A DNA stretch of 64,000 nucleotides from an uncultured Desulfospira sp. (GCA_963663165.1 OY760175.1:4256001-4320000); one strand, 5' to 3'; shown: positions 39,577-50,641, counted from the stretch's first letter. Translations and numbers: made by a program. Notes: generated by a model from the letters alone, not told the origin.

Positions 39577-42500
39577 TCAGATGTCCTTGTTCGCTTCAAG
39601 ATTCAGGGTCAGTTCAAATTCATGGGCGTATTGCAGCTCACCGCGAATCTGTTGCAGCCTTTGTATCAGCTCATCCAGGTCGTTTAAGTCTGTGATTTTA
39701 GCTTTGGGTTGCAGGCTGCGGGAGATCTTCTTTTTACCCTCTTTTTTTGCTTTGTCCTGCTCTTGTTTAAGCTTTTCCTGCAGGCGCTCCCGGCCTTTTT
39801 TCTCCACCCGGTTTTTACAATCCTGAAGTTTGCCTTGAATGGTATATTCCTGGCTGACCAGGTTTCTAAGACCCACAACGTCCTCACAGACTTCGGTACT
39901 CAGGGATTCAAGATCGGCCAGCATATAATCCTGTTCCTGCCCGGTCAGTTCTTTCCACTCCGGGATACGGTTCAGATCCTTTTCAGCCTCTTTGATGCGG
40001 TTTTTCTGTTCATCCCCCATGGCGATCACTGCATCCCGGACCCGGGCCTTAAGACGGGTCAGGGTTGTGGCGTATTCAGTGCTGTGTTTAAAAAAATCAG
40101 GGGTTTCCAGGCGCTCCTTGAGCTGTCCCAACTCATCGGTAAGCTCGGTTTTTAAAACCCCTGGCGTACCGCTGTCAGGCAGGGCATTAATTTCTCTCCT
40201 GTGCTGCTGCAACGCTTTAAGTGTATCTTCCAGACCATGATCCAGGGCCTGCTTTAATTCAGAAGCCCATTTGAGATTGGCGTAAAGCTGTGAATCCTCC
40301 CCGCCCAGGCGCTGGGGCGCGTCCGAGGCGTCGGTAAACAGCACATCCTTGATGTCCTGGCTTAGGCTTAAAAGCTTGTCTGATCCCGGAAGATCAAGGG
40401 ATTTTAATTTTTCAGCCAAGGGACCGTAAGCATGCTGCAGTTGTGGGAACAGTTTTATGGTGGCCTTGCTGATATCATCTTCTAAGGGCACCACCATGTC
40501 CCCGCTAAGCTCTGTCAGGCGCTTGGCCGCCTTTGCCAGGATTTCCATGCTCGGGCGTTCATCCCGCAAAGAGATTCCCACGGATTTAAAGCTGTTATTG
40601 GTTTTCAGGGCATCAATGGCATGCTGCCCCTTTACCGTTACTTCCCGTCCCGCCACTTTGAGTTTGATCTCTCCTGCCACCAGCATGGCCGCCACAAGAT
40701 AGCGTAAAGTGTCCTGGGACCAGCCAAAGGGCGCGCCGGTGAAAATTTCAATGAGCCGTTTTCCTTCTATGGCTCCCTGGCGTTCAATCATGTCCCGGAT
40801 GCTTGTCACAGCCTTATGGGCGGTATTGATGGAGGGTCGCCCGCCCTGGGTCTGCACCAGCCCCAAGGGATCGGTCTGGGTGGTGACCCCGGTGAGGTTG
40901 CTTAGGCGCAGGAATTTTTCGGCCAGATCAGTTCCACTTCTGTAAGGGGCTTCGGCATACCGGTCAAACACCTGCTCTGCCACCCCGGATAAGTGTTTGC
41001 GGCAGGCCTCGATCAGCTCGCTGTGAATGCTTTCCACCGCAGAAAGCTCTCCTTTAAAGATAAAAGAGCCCTGGAGCAGACTGCGCTTAATGATCCGTTC
41101 CAGATCCAGCATCAGTCGGTTGGCCCGGTCAGCCTGGCCGTTGCAGTACTCTTTGACCTCCTGGTCCGGTTCGCTGCGGTATTTGCTGACAATTTCCCGG
41201 CTGCGGTGGATCTCGTTGATCAGTTCTTCCATTTCAGGAGTGGATTTGCCCACAAGAAAGATATGGTGTTTGGCTGAGTTGTGCCGGCTTTCATCGGTCA
41301 GGCGGATTTTGGTGGTATCATACGCGTTGGGTTCCACAATCTCGATAAAGGTCTGGATGGTATTCCTGTCTCCTGCAATGGATACGGGCAAACCGGATGA
41401 TGCAAGGGCTTTAAGCCCGGTTTGCACGGACAGACTGCCGGCCAGCTGTGTGCTGGGAAGCGGAGAAAAGATCTCTTTTAATGCCTCGTTTTGAATCCGT
41501 CTAAGCTCAACCGGCCGTAAGGGGATGGTGGCACGTTCCTGTTCGATATCATTGAGTCGTTCACTGAAAAAGCAAAGCTGCCCGTCCTGTTCACCAAACG
41601 GTACAATGGGATCTTTGATGAGATCCTCGATGGCGGCCTTGACCTGTTCCAGGGACGAGGTGTCACTGACCTCCGGATGCATCAGGCCTGTGACGTTTTC
41701 AACTAAGACAGGTAAATTGCCCAGGATCTGGAGTACACAAACGGTTTTGGCAATGTTCTGGTGAATGACGGAGTCGTGGAACCGGTTATTGACCACCTTG
41801 CCCACAGATTGATGGTATGAAGGGAAAGCTCTTCGGATATCCTTTTCAAGGGTGTCGTAGATGGTTACTGTCGTGGCGATCCAGCCCACCGGTTGATCGG
41901 CAACGGGCGGGTGGCCGTCAGCTCCCTCCACAAGTATATCCTGGATTACTTTAATGGCTGAACGAAGCCCGATGCCTCCGGTGCTTTTTGCCAGCGCCCC
42001 TAAAAGGTGCAGCAGGATATCAAAATGGGCCGGTAAAAAGGGATAAAGATCTATAAAGGTTTTCCTGTCAAAATCAGCGCCGTATACCCTGGCATCCACA
42101 AGCTTGGTATTATGGCGCAGCATCTGCCCGTGTTTGTCAAACAGCTCTCCTAACTCTTTTTCACCGGCCGGAGATTTGCCTAACAGGCGGCTGTAGCAGA
42201 TCTCTTTGATGTCATTGGCCTCCAGGTCAATCTGAATGGGAAACCGGTCTTTGAGTTTATACAGCTCCGATGAATTCAAAGAGGCGTTGGGGTCATCCTC
42301 GGTTAATGTCTGCTGGGCGGTTCCAATAATCCATACCTTGCCGTTACCGATATTTTTTAAGTTTTTGGCAAGACCGTCCAGATTGAGGATCAGGTTCTTT
42401 CTTGAGCCGACATACTGGCCGACTTCATCAATGATAAAAATGATGTGTTCTTTGCCGGTGGCCTGCCTGGCAATTTCAAGCATTTCGTCCACACGGTCAT

Positions 42501-43218
42501 TTTCAAAGCGGATCACTTGGCTTGTTTCCGTTGAAAATGAGGCAGGTGTTTTAAAAAGAGCGGGGTACATCTGGTGGGCAATTTCCGGGATCAGGCTGTC
42601 CACCACCAGGTCGTCATTGCGATAGTCGGCCCATTGTTGGTCATCGGTGTACGTTTTAAACAGGTCTAAAAATTCATTGTAGCGATCCTCTTTTTTAAGC
42701 TTTCGCTCAAATGCAGCAACCTTTAAATTGCGAGAATAGCCGGCCCACTGAAGAACTTTATAATAAAGGACAGTGGAGACCTCTTCCATGGTGGAACCGG
42801 CCACCTGTTCACTGGCAAGATCAAGCATCAGGACGGCTGCAGGAAATCGTTTGGCAACCGTATTGAGTAATGCCCGGGTGGTTGATTTTTTCAGACGGTC
42901 CTGGAGATGCTGGATAAAAGGAATGCCGTCAATGGTTATATTCTCGTCAAAGGCCAGCCCCAGATATTTGGTAAAGGAACTTTTACCGGACCCGTAAAAA
43001 CCGGATACCCAGACACCGACTTCATTTTCTCCACCTGCTTCCATGGCGGCTTGCATTTTTCCAAGCAGCTTTTCAAACTGCTCTTCAATACTTTCCGTGA
43101 CCACGTATTCCGAAATTTCTGCTTTGAGACGCTCTTGCTGGGAAGCACCATAGGTGATTACTTTTTCAATGGTGCGGTAAATGTTTTTATTTGCATCGAA
43201 TAAATTTTTAATTTCCAT
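39577..43218 (-). CDS. brxC: BREX P-loop ATPase BrxC
   Basis: EYVVT, WVSGFYGSGKS, IIDEVGQY, DRF, YPF.P, PFGW; start placed at MEIKNL. Confidence 0.92.
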   Translation of the reverse strand: MEIKNLFDANKNIYRTIEKVITYGASQQERLKAEISEYVVTESIEEQFEKLLGKMQAAMEAGGENEVGVWVSGFYGSGKSSFTKYLGLAFDENITIDGIPFIQHLQDRLKKSTTRALLNTVAKRFPAAVLMLDLASEQVAGSTMEEVSTVLYYKVLQWAGYSRNLKVAAFERKLKKEDRYNEFLDLFKTYTDDQQWADYRNDDLVVDSLIPEIAHQMYPALFKTPASFSTETSQVIRFENDRVDEMLEIARQATGKEHIIFIIDEVGQYVGSRKNLILNLDGLAKNLKNIGNGKVWIIGTAQQTLTEDDPNASLNSSELYKLKDRFPIQIDLEANDIKEICYSRLLGKSPAGEKELGELFDKHGQMLRHNTKLVDARVYGADFDRKTFIDLYPFLPAHFDILLHLLGALAKSTGGIGLRSAIKVIQDILVEGADGHPPVADQPVGWIATTVTIYDTLEKDIRRAFPSYHQSVGKVVNNRFHDSVIHQNIAKTVCVLQILGNLPVLVENVTGLMHPEVSDTSSLEQVKAAIEDLIKDPIVPFGEQDGQLCFFSERLNDIEQERATIPLRPVELRRIQNEALKEIFSPLPSTQLAGSLSVQTGLKALASSGLPVSIAGDRNTIQTFIEIVEPNAYDTTKIRLTDESRHNSAKHHIFLVGKSTPEMEELINEIHRSREIVSKYRSEPDQEVKEYCNGQADRANRLMLDLERIIKRSLLQGSFIFKGELSAVESIHSELIEACRKHLSGVAEQVFDRYAEAPYRSGTDLAEKFLRLSNLTGVTTQTDPLGLVQTQGGRPSINTAHKAVTSIRDMIERQGAIEGKRLIEIFTGAPFGWSQDTLRYLVAAMLVAGEIKLKVAGREVTVKGQHAIDALKTNNSFKSVGISLRDERPSMEILAKAAKRLTELSGDMVVPLEDDISKATIKLFPQLQHAYGPLAEKLKSLDLPGSDKLLSLSQDIKDVLFTDASDAPQRLGGEDSQLYANLKWASELKQALDHGLEDTLKALQQHRREINALPDSGTPGVLKTELTDELGQLKERLETPDFFKHSTEYATTLTRLKARVRDAVIAMGDEQKNRIKEAEKDLNRIPEWKELTGQEQDYMLADLESLSTEVCEDVVGLRNLVSQEYTIQGKLQDCKNRVEKKGRERLQEKLKQEQDKAKKEGKKKISRSLQPKAKITDLNDLDELIQRLQQIRGELQYAHEFELTLNLEANKDI

Positions 43219-43241
43219 AGCAGGTTCCTGTTTTTTTAGTA

Positions 43242-43814
43242 TCAACCACCAACGTGAACAGATCTGTAATTGCCGTCCTCTGGATAGAACCCTAAAAATT
43301 TGAGCCGGGTGTCACCGGTTCGTGTTCCCGGATAAAAGAATATTGTCGGAATCGAGAATCTACCCTGGAGTTGGCTTTCAATGGCACCAATTCTCATATA
43401 TGGATGCAATGCTTCAATGTCGGTAACCAGCAGGATATTCCGGGGGTCTGATTCCAGGCCATCCAGCATAGTTTCCAGTTTTTTCTGCAACGCGCCGTTG
43501 GTCAGGGCGTTGGCCAGGGCTTTGTTGGTTTTATCCCACTGCAAAGGGGCCTTGGCGTCTGCTGCCAGCCAGATTTTACGCAAAGGTGCAGACTCAAGGA
43601 TCTTGTTAATTTCAACGGCCACGGAAAAGATGTTCACCTTCCATCCTTCATTTTTGAGCTTGGCCGTCCAGGCAGGCATTTGACGTTTAACGTCAAGGAT
43701 CTGCTTTGGGGCGAAAACCAGGTAGAATATGGGCTCGAAACTGGCATGGCCAAGCTCCCGCCCGGTTTTGATCCGTTTGATCAATTCATTAAAATCAGCT
43801 TTCAGTGATGACAT
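43242..43814 (-). CDS. brxB: BREX protein BrxB (DUF1788-like)
   Basis: PIFYLVF, ALHPYMR, IFFYPG, NYR; position between brxA and brxC. Confidence 0.82.
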   Translation of the reverse strand: MSSLKADFNELIKRIKTGRELGHASFEPIFYLVFAPKQILDVKRQMPAWTAKLKNEGWKVNIFSVAVEINKILESAPLRKIWLAADAKAPLQWDKTNKALANALTNGALQKKLETMLDGLESDPRNILLVTDIEALHPYMRIGAIESQLQGRFSIPTIFFYPGTRTGDTRLKFLGFYPEDGNYRSVHVGG

Positions 43815-44583
43815 CAACGACCTCCTCCAAGCTGTTAAAGCGCCAGCTGATTCTTGTTACATCTGCGGCAGACTGAACAATCAACCAGTCTTTTTTTGAA
43901 ATTCGTTTCAGCTCTTCCCTGATATCACCTGGTGTCATTCCAAACAGCCGCCATATATCGTGCTTGATGATGCTGTTATCACCCATCTGTTGAAAATGAA
44001 GCCAGTATGAAAAAAAGAGCAGGGTGTATTCCTCAAGACGTATGGATTGGATTTGCCTGACAGGGGATCTTCTGGATGACAACAAGCCATAATCTGCACA
44101 GCATCCGATTAAATAGGATGAAACCCTGCGTATGGTTGATTCAGCCCATGGCTTCTGGGTTTTTCCTTCACTGACGGCCTGGCTGACAAAATCTTTGGCA
44201 TCATCGCTTGAAATGGTGTCCCGTCCTGCGGCATACCGGTTCCAGTAAACCTCGGTTATAAAGTTAAAAAGAATCTGATTGGCCAGGGCAGTAAAAACTA
44301 ATAAATGCTGGTTGAGGACATGTGCCGGCGCATTTTGGCTTATGGGTTTTAAAAATCTTGCTGTATCTGTTTTCAGGTATCGGGGTGAAAAACATTCGAC
44401 AATGATATTCCTTAAACGCCTGGCAGAAACCATGGGAAACCGCCCGGAGTCAAGTGCCGTGTCATAGAGCTGTGCCACTGTCATCCCGGGGTTGTAAATC
44501 GACAATAAAGATTTTGTCTCTTCAATAAGGCCCAAGCCGGCCTGAAGCTGTGTCGTATATTTTATTTTTGTACCACCGGTCAT
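43795..44583 (-). CDS. brxA: BREX protein BrxA (DUF1819-like)
   Basis: YTTQL...W.ESTI.R....L....ADYGLL; ATGA-coupled to brxE. Confidence 0.8.
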   Translation of the reverse strand: MTGGTKIKYTTQLQAGLGLIEETKSLLSIYNPGMTVAQLYDTALDSGRFPMVSARRLRNIIVECFSPRYLKTDTARFLKPISQNAPAHVLNQHLLVFTALANQILFNFITEVYWNRYAAGRDTISSDDAKDFVSQAVSEGKTQKPWAESTIRRVSSYLIGCCADYGLLSSRRSPVRQIQSIRLEEYTLLFFSYWLHFQQMGDNSIIKHDIWRLFGMTPGDIREELKRISKKDWLIVQSAADVTRISWRFNSLEEVVDVITES

Positions 44584-45086
44584 ATGCATGTCATATATGG
44601 AAAAGTTTTGTAAATACCTTCAAAGGCAGAAATGTAGTGAGACCTGGATATTTGAATCAATGCATCCAGTTTATTATCCGAATATTGGCCTGCGGAAACT
44701 GGGCCATCTGATCTTTTAACAGCATCCGCTCCCAATTCTTTGAGTCTTTTAACGGCTGCATCCGTGCTTTTAAGAAAATCAGCCATTTTATCAAACACAC
44801 TATGTTCCTGTATACACTTAAAAAGTACCCGTTCAATGGCATCCGGAAGCCGGTAAAGATGATAGTGTTTACTTATTCCTATATGTTCGTCGTGCACGAT
44901 TGAAGCCGCCTGACAAACGCCGCTATATTGGGCGATATCAATGGAATTTGGATAAATTGGCCCAAGAAACACTCTGCTTGATGATGACAAAAAAGAGGAC
45001 TCCCACCAGGATGCCTGCTGTTTTTCACCTATAAATCCGACCAGTATCCTGGTTTCACATATACACTGCATTGAGTCCGGCTTCAT
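44580..45086 (-). CDS. brxE: BrxE-family protein
   Basis: RILVGFIGE...WW.S...AASIVHDEHIG...YHLYRLP...PY; first gene of the operon. Confidence 0.75.
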   Translation of the reverse strand: MKPDSMQCICETRILVGFIGEKQQASWWESSFLSSSSRVFLGPIYPNSIDIAQYSGVCQAASIVHDEHIGISKHYHLYRLPDAIERVLFKCIQEHSVFDKMADFLKSTDAAVKRLKELGADAVKRSDGPVSAGQYSDNKLDALIQISRSHYISAFEGIYKTFPYMTCI

Positions 45087-45727
45087 TAATCATCCCTTGT
45101 TAAATTTTTCCATACTTTAGATGACTCAAAAAAACACCTACCCCAAAGGGCTTCTCAGTTATCTAATCAACCAATTGGATTGGTTAAAATAATTCTTTTT
45201 TGAGAACAACAAAAAAAATAGGAAAGCTCGAAGTTCAGATTCCACTTGTTCCTATTTTTAAAGACTCCTGCATTCGAATACCGCTTAAGCAAAACAAAAT
45301 CAATAAATATAAAGGCAAATAACATGAATTTGAGATTGTCTTGACCTTTCAGATGTTGAACTTTATCAGACTAAATTTATTATGATGGTGAGGACTATTC
45401 ATTTAACAAGCTCCGATTTTTAACTTAATCCTACCCCGGACTTTTCCTGTACGTCCACACTTTTTAAATCCTCAAACCGGCGAGCAATGTTGCGTGTATC
45501 CCGGGATTTCCGATTTCTGTAAATTTAAATTTTTTAGCAGACCGCAATAAATGGCATTTAAGAACTCCAAAACCAATTCTGAAACGGCGTTGGCGTCTTT
45601 TGTTATTGGTTACATGGATCGAAAATCTGGAAGATCAAATTAAGGGACTGAGGAGAAAACCACTTGCTTTACCGTGAAGCTTCGGAATGAACGGCTTGGG
45701 GGATTAGAACAGGGCGGGGGCGGGGAG

Positions 45728-45770
45728 CAAACAAACCCCCCGGCGGCCTGCTGATGCCGGCAGCCGGGGG
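45728..45770 (-). terminator. Probable intrinsic terminator of pyc
   Basis: CCCCCGGC...GCCGGGGG stem followed on the minus strand by TTTGTTTG. Confidence 0.6.
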
Positions 45771-45793
45771 AAATGAAAGCACGGTGGTTTTTT

Positions 45794-48700
45794 TTATTTC
45801 AACGCTGCCCCGCATTTGGGACAGAAGCAAAAGTCCGGGTCCTTGACCGGGGCGCCGCAGGCCTTGCAGGCATCGCTTGCCGGGGCCAGCACCACCAGAA
45901 GCTCGCCTTCCTGGACCGGGACCATTTTTTTGTCATACTTGTAATCCGCCACCTTGAGGACCCGGGAAACCACGCCGTCCATGGGGGACAGCACGGCTTT
46001 TTCCTGCTTCATGATGGTGATGTTGAACAGTTCTTCTCCCTTTTTCACCACATCCCCGGGCTTGACGTACATGATCCACAGATCCCCCCGGCTCGGAGAG
46101 GCCACCTGGCAGGGATCGGCTTTGTCGGCCATCTCAATGACGGCGGCGCCGGTGCCGGTGGGCTCGGCCACCTTGACCGAATAGAAGAACAGTTCGCCGT
46201 TAAGGGTGTACCGCACATCGGCCATGCCCGAGGCATCGGGCCGTCCTACCTCCAGGATGGTCATGGCGTGCAGCTTGCCGGCCCCGTCCCGGAACTCCAG
46301 TTCCTGTCCGGTTTCAAGCCCTTCAAACCAGACATCCAGGGGCAGTTTGTTGGGATTGCCGAATTCTTCCCTGAAAATAATGGTTTTCAGGGCATCCCCG
46401 GGATGGTTCAGGTACATGACCACCTCGTCCGGGGTGGGCTGCCGGCTGATCTGGTCGGTGAGGCTTCTGGTTTCGGCTTCAATGTCTACGGCGGGCAGTC
46501 CGTCCAGGGGTGAGGCTGATGTTCTGGATGCAATGGCCTGCTGCCATTCCCCCCCAAAGGCGCTTTCATACACCCAGTCCGGCGGAAAGCCCAGGGGAAG
46601 GCGGCCAAATTTGCCCAGCAGCAGGTCTCTGAAGGCATCGTTGCTGTCCTGATAGAGCATGAGCCGTTCAGCTTTCAGGGAATCGCCGATATGGCCTTCA
46701 CTGTGGACCATGGCGTCAAGTACCCAGAGCAAATGGCGCACCTCATCTTCACCGCCCCTTTTAAAGGCGCTGGTCACGGCCAGGAACGCCGTGTTCCAGG
46801 TGATCTGGGAGCCCGGGGTCACGTCGTGGTACCGGACGATCTGCCGGGTGCCTTCCAGGAACTTGAGCATATAAGGAAGCAGTCTGATATACCCCTGCTT
46901 CATGGCCCCTTCCTGGGAGGACGAGGTGGCCCCGCCGGGCATGGCATGCCGGACCGCATCGTAGTCCACGCCCTGGAAATGGGGAGAGGTGTACCGGTCG
47001 TAATAGGGCATAATCTGCTTGAGGACAAAGTTGCAGGTCCTTATGGCATCCTTGTTTAAATTGGTTTTAAGGCCCAGTTCATTTTCAAAATAGGCGGCCG
47101 TGGACAAGACTTCGCCCTGGCCGTACCACCGGACCGCCGCCCCTAAGGCCGTGTCAATGATCTGGGCGCCGGCTTTGGCCGCTGCCCCCACGGACGGGAC
47201 AAAAAGCCCGTCCGTGCAGTGGCGGTGGTAATGAAGGACCATATCGGGATAGGCTTTGCGGATGCTTTTTACCAGTTTGGCGATAAACCGGGGCGGGCAG
47301 ACCCCGGCCATATCCTTCAGGCCCAGGATGAACTGTGCCGACGCCTTTTCAGGGGAGAGCCCTGTCACATCAGCCACCAGGGCCACGATCTCGTCCACCA
47401 CCCCAAGGTAATGGGGCACGTCAAACCCTTTGGCCCAGGAAAGGGACACGGCCGGTTCAAACACGTTGCCCTTTGCGTTCATTACTGTTTCGGCAAAGGG
47501 GCGCATGTTTTCAATGTGGTTGAGAAAGTCAAAGCAGCGCACAATATCGTGGTGTTCACAGATCATTTCGCTGGTCAGCCGCATGAGGTTTGGGGGCTGG
47601 GGCTTGTACCCTAAAAGGTTGGTGGAGCGCACCAGGATCTGCTTGGGGGTCAGGGGAGCGAACTGGTTCCAGACCCGGGCCTCGTTGAACGGGTAGGTCA
47701 TGTTGGCCATCATGGCCACATGGAAATGGGCACCGCCCCCGTTTTCAATGGAGAAAAACCCGCACTGGTCAAGGTAGGGGCCGATGAGCCGGTCTTCGGC
47801 CAGGCGGAACCGGTTGCCGGTGTTGGACTGGGTGGTGTCCCTGGGCGTGGTGTCGGAAAAATGGACATGGTCCGTATCCCGGATAAAATCCAGCAGGGCC
47901 TGGCGGTCGTTTCTGGGGTATGCGCCCTTGAGCGCCCCATGGGATATTTCCGGCAGGACCGGGTTGAACCGGCCCACCCGTTTGTCGCCGACCCCCCGGT
48001 ATTCGGACAGCTGGACATGGGGGTTGTAACCCAGGGCGGAGATCTCCGCCACCAGCCGGCTTAAGCGCAGGCCTTCAGGTTCGCTGTCCCGGTAAAGCAT
48101 CAGCTCCGGTGTGGTCTCCACAAACCGGGTGGAATATTCCCCGGACTGAAACACGGGATGGTCCACAATTTTCTGATGAAAAGGGATGGTGGTTTTCAAT
48201 CCGCCAATGATGTACTCTTTCAGTGCCCGGCCCAAAACCGCCAGGCTCTTTTCCCAGGATTCTCCAAAGGCAATCAACAGGGCTGCAGCCGAATCATAGT
48301 TGGAGGGGAAATCATACCCGCCGGCAATACAGGAGTCGATGCGGATGCCCGGGCCGCCCGGGGAGATATACCGGGAAATGGGGCCGGCATTGGGGGCAAA
48401 CCCGTGCCGGGGATCTTCACAGTTAAGGCGCACCTGGATGACATGGGCATCGGGTTTGGTGTTCTCCTCGGTAAACCTTAAGGTGGCGCCAAAGGCAATG
48501 GCAATCTGCTCTTCCACCAGGTCAATGCCGTACCGGCACTCGGTGATGCCGTGTTCCACCTGAAGTCTTGTGTTGACCTCGATCAGGTAGGGGTTGCCCT
48601 CCCGGTCCACTAAAAATTCCACCGTGGCCAGGGAATAATACCCCACTTCGGATACCAGTTTCCTGGCATAGTCTTTGAGCCGGTCCCGCAGTTCCTGGGT

Positions 48701-49474
48701 CATGCCCGGCCAGGGGGAGGGGGTGATCTCCACCAGTTTCTGGTGGTTTCTCTGGACCGTGCAGTCCCGCTCGTCAAAGGCAAACACGTTGCCGTACCGG
48801 TCGGCAATGACCTGAATCTCAATGTGGCGGACATCGGTGAGCAGCTTTTCCACATAGATCCTGGGATTGCCGAAAGAGGCCTGGGCCAGCACCGAGGCCT
48901 TGGAGAAGGCGGTTTCAAGATCGTCCATGTTATAAACTTCGTAAATGCCCCGGCCGCCGCCGCCGCCCTCGGCCTTGAGCATCACCGGCAGCCCGATTTC
49001 CTTTGCGATCTTCCGGGCTTCGGCCACCTCAACGGAGTCCGGGGAGCCCGGCACCACGGGAACCCCTATCTTGATGGCCAGTTCCCGGACCCGGACCTTG
49101 TTGCCCAGCAGCCGCATGGGTTCGGTGGGCGGCCCCACAAACAGGATACCGGCATCCTCGCATTTTTTGGGGAAGGACGCATCTTCCGAGGCAAAGCCCC
49201 AGCCCGGATGAATGGCGGCAATGCCGTGGGCCTTGGCCCGGTCTAAAATTTTATCGATGTTCAGGTAGGCCCTGGGGTTTTCCCCCAGGAAAATCAGCTC
49301 CTGGGCACCGGAGGTAAAGGGCGCGGTTTTATCCACGTCGGTCACGGTGAGCACCGGGATGCCCTGGAGAACCTCACGGATGGAGCGGACGATCCGGCGG
49401 GCGGGGATGCCCCGGTTGGCAACCAGAATTTTCTTGTTGCGGATCTCTTCTTTTACTTGGTCAAATGTTTTCAT
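45794..49474 (-). CDS. pyc: Pyruvate carboxylase
   Basis: Biotin carboxylase (LVANRG, GGGGRG, RDCTVQR, EVNTRLQVEH), carboxyltransferase (DTTPRD..QS, LKDMAG, VTP.S), biotinyl domain (IMKQE). Confidence 0.93.
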   Translation of the reverse strand: MKTFDQVKEEIRNKKILVANRGIPARRIVRSIREVLQGIPVLTVTDVDKTAPFTSGAQELIFLGENPRAYLNIDKILDRAKAHGIAAIHPGWGFASEDASFPKKCEDAGILFVGPPTEPMRLLGNKVRVRELAIKIGVPVVPGSPDSVEVAEARKIAKEIGLPVMLKAEGGGGGRGIYEVYNMDDLETAFSKASVLAQASFGNPRIYVEKLLTDVRHIEIQVIADRYGNVFAFDERDCTVQRNHQKLVEITPSPWPGMTQELRDRLKDYARKLVSEVGYYSLATVEFLVDREGNPYLIEVNTRLQVEHGITECRYGIDLVEEQIAIAFGATLRFTEENTKPDAHVIQVRLNCEDPRHGFAPNAGPISRYISPGGPGIRIDSCIAGGYDFPSNYDSAAALLIAFGESWEKSLAVLGRALKEYIIGGLKTTIPFHQKIVDHPVFQSGEYSTRFVETTPELMLYRDSEPEGLRLSRLVAEISALGYNPHVQLSEYRGVGDKRVGRFNPVLPEISHGALKGAYPRNDRQALLDFIRDTDHVHFSDTTPRDTTQSNTGNRFRLAEDRLIGPYLDQCGFFSIENGGGAHFHVAMMANMTYPFNEARVWNQFAPLTPKQILVRSTNLLGYKPQPPNLMRLTSEMICEHHDIVRCFDFLNHIENMRPFAETVMNAKGNVFEPAVSLSWAKGFDVPHYLGVVDEIVALVADVTGLSPEKASAQFILGLKDMAGVCPPRFIAKLVKSIRKAYPDMVLHYHRHCTDGLFVPSVGAAAKAGAQIIDTALGAAVRWYGQGEVLSTAAYFENELGLKTNLNKDAIRTCNFVLKQIMPYYDRYTSPHFQGVDYDAVRHAMPGGATSSSQEGAMKQGYIRLLPYMLKFLEGTRQIVRYHDVTPGSQITWNTAFLAVTSAFKRGGEDEVRHLLWVLDAMVHSEGHIGDSLKAERLMLYQDSNDAFRDLLLGKFGRLPLGFPPDWVYESAFGGEWQQAIASRTSASPLDGLPAVDIEAETRSLTDQISRQPTPDEVVMYLNHPGDALKTIIFREEFGNPNKLPLDVWFEGLETGQELEFRDGAGKLHAMTILEVGRPDASGMADVRYTLNGELFFYSVKVAEPTGTGAAVIEMADKADPCQVASPSRGDLWIMYVKPGDVVKKGEELFNITIMKQEKAVLSPMDGVVSRVLKVADYKYDKKMVPVQEGELLVVLAPASDACKACGAPVKDPDFCFCPKCGAALK

Positions 49475-49549
49475 GTGTAACATCTCTCCTGTATGAGCTG
49501 TTAGCTGTTAGCCGGGGGTTGGAAGCTTATAAAGGCTAACAACTGATGA

Positions 49550-50392
49550 CTATCCCCCGGTTCGGGGAAAAATTCGTCCGGACCGGATCTGTCTTTCACC
49601 ATGGGCACTGTCGGCCCTGAGGGTACCGTCCGGATCAAAGGCCCGTATGCGGACAATTTCGGATCGGCCCCGGGCGTTTTCCCAGACCACCCACTCCTCT
49701 TTAAAGGCCAGAAACCGGTTGAGCTCTTCGGCCAGGGTATGGGGATGTGCGGTTAAATTTATAAAACGATTCCGAATATCTGCCCAAAGGGTCTTCCACA
49801 GGGCCGGTGCGCTGATATCCGCACCGTATTCGGCCAGACAGGCGGCGGGTATAGACGCCCCGTCCGATTCCGGAAAGCCGGCCACGTTGACGCCCATGCC
49901 GGCCATGAATTGTCCCTGCCGTTCTTCCACCAGAATGCCGCCCACTTTCCGGCCGCCGGCCAGGACATCATTGGGCCATTTGACCTGTGCTGAAAGACCG
50001 GCGGCGGCCAGAACGTTGGCCAGAACAAGGGCCAGGGCCAACGGGAAAAGATGGTCTGAACCAGCCCCTGAAGGCAGGCGCAGCGTTGCATACAGGTTGC
50101 CCGGGCATGACTGCCACTCCCGCCCGGCCTGGCCCCGGCCCCGGGTCTGGGCCATGGCGGCAATCCAGGACATTTCGGGAAACCGGCCCCGGGCTGAAAG
50201 GTCCCAGGCCAGGTCCATGGTGGACGGGCATGAACGGGCCAGGTAAATTTCTGACGGAGGCGGCTTGGCATTAAACAGGTCCGCCCCGTTAAAGGAACAG
50301 CGTGTCCATCCGGTATCAGGACAAAAACATGCCTGCCACCGGGACAGCGCCTGGTTCTGTTCCATTTTTTTTAGTCGACCTTCCTGGGTCAC
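49550..50392 (-). CDS. birA: Biotin--protein ligase
   Basis: STMD, QTRGRGQAGREW, KWPNDV, KVGGIL.E, GMGVN; adjacent to pyc. Confidence 0.9.
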   Translation of the reverse strand: MTQEGRLKKMEQNQALSRWQACFCPDTGWTRCSFNGADLFNAKPPPSEIYLARSCPSTMDLAWDLSARGRFPEMSWIAAMAQTRGRGQAGREWQSCPGNLYATLRLPSGAGSDHLFPLALALVLANVLAAAGLSAQVKWPNDVLAGGRKVGGILVEERQGQFMAGMGVNVAGFPESDGASIPAACLAEYGADISAPALWKTLWADIRNRFINLTAHPHTLAEELNRFLAFKEEWVVWENARGRSEIVRIRAFDPDGTLRADSAHGERQIRSGRIFPRTGG

Positions 50393-50641
50393 TGGCCTTT
50401 TGGGGGAATTTTTATCCTGTTTTGCCCCGAAAGCCGTGACAATTAAAAACCTGCATATTACGCTTGATGATCAGGCCTGTCTATAAAAAAAATAAAGTCC
50501 TGTAAAAATGTAGCTATTCAGCTAATGCTGAAAACTAAGCAAAACCAGGGTCCGTAACGGTTCATCCCGGAACAGAAAATACAGATACCGTTGAATCAGA
50601 AATTAAAGGGCAAGAAAAATCATCGGTGAAGGGATTCAGGA

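Noticed and set aside
38979..39599. 206-aa stand-alone ORF
   Set aside because: It is the pglX 5' fragment running into the IS3 right end.
20538..45461. GTGTGGACG inverted match flanking the BREX operon as Tn7-like ends
   Set aside because: Only about 9 bp, with no TSD, repeated binding sites or cognate transposase; chance is likely.
45100..45700. Regulator (BrxR/WYL) or integrase gene upstream of brxE
   Set aside because: No ORF of adequate length or recognisable motif in this AT-rich gap.
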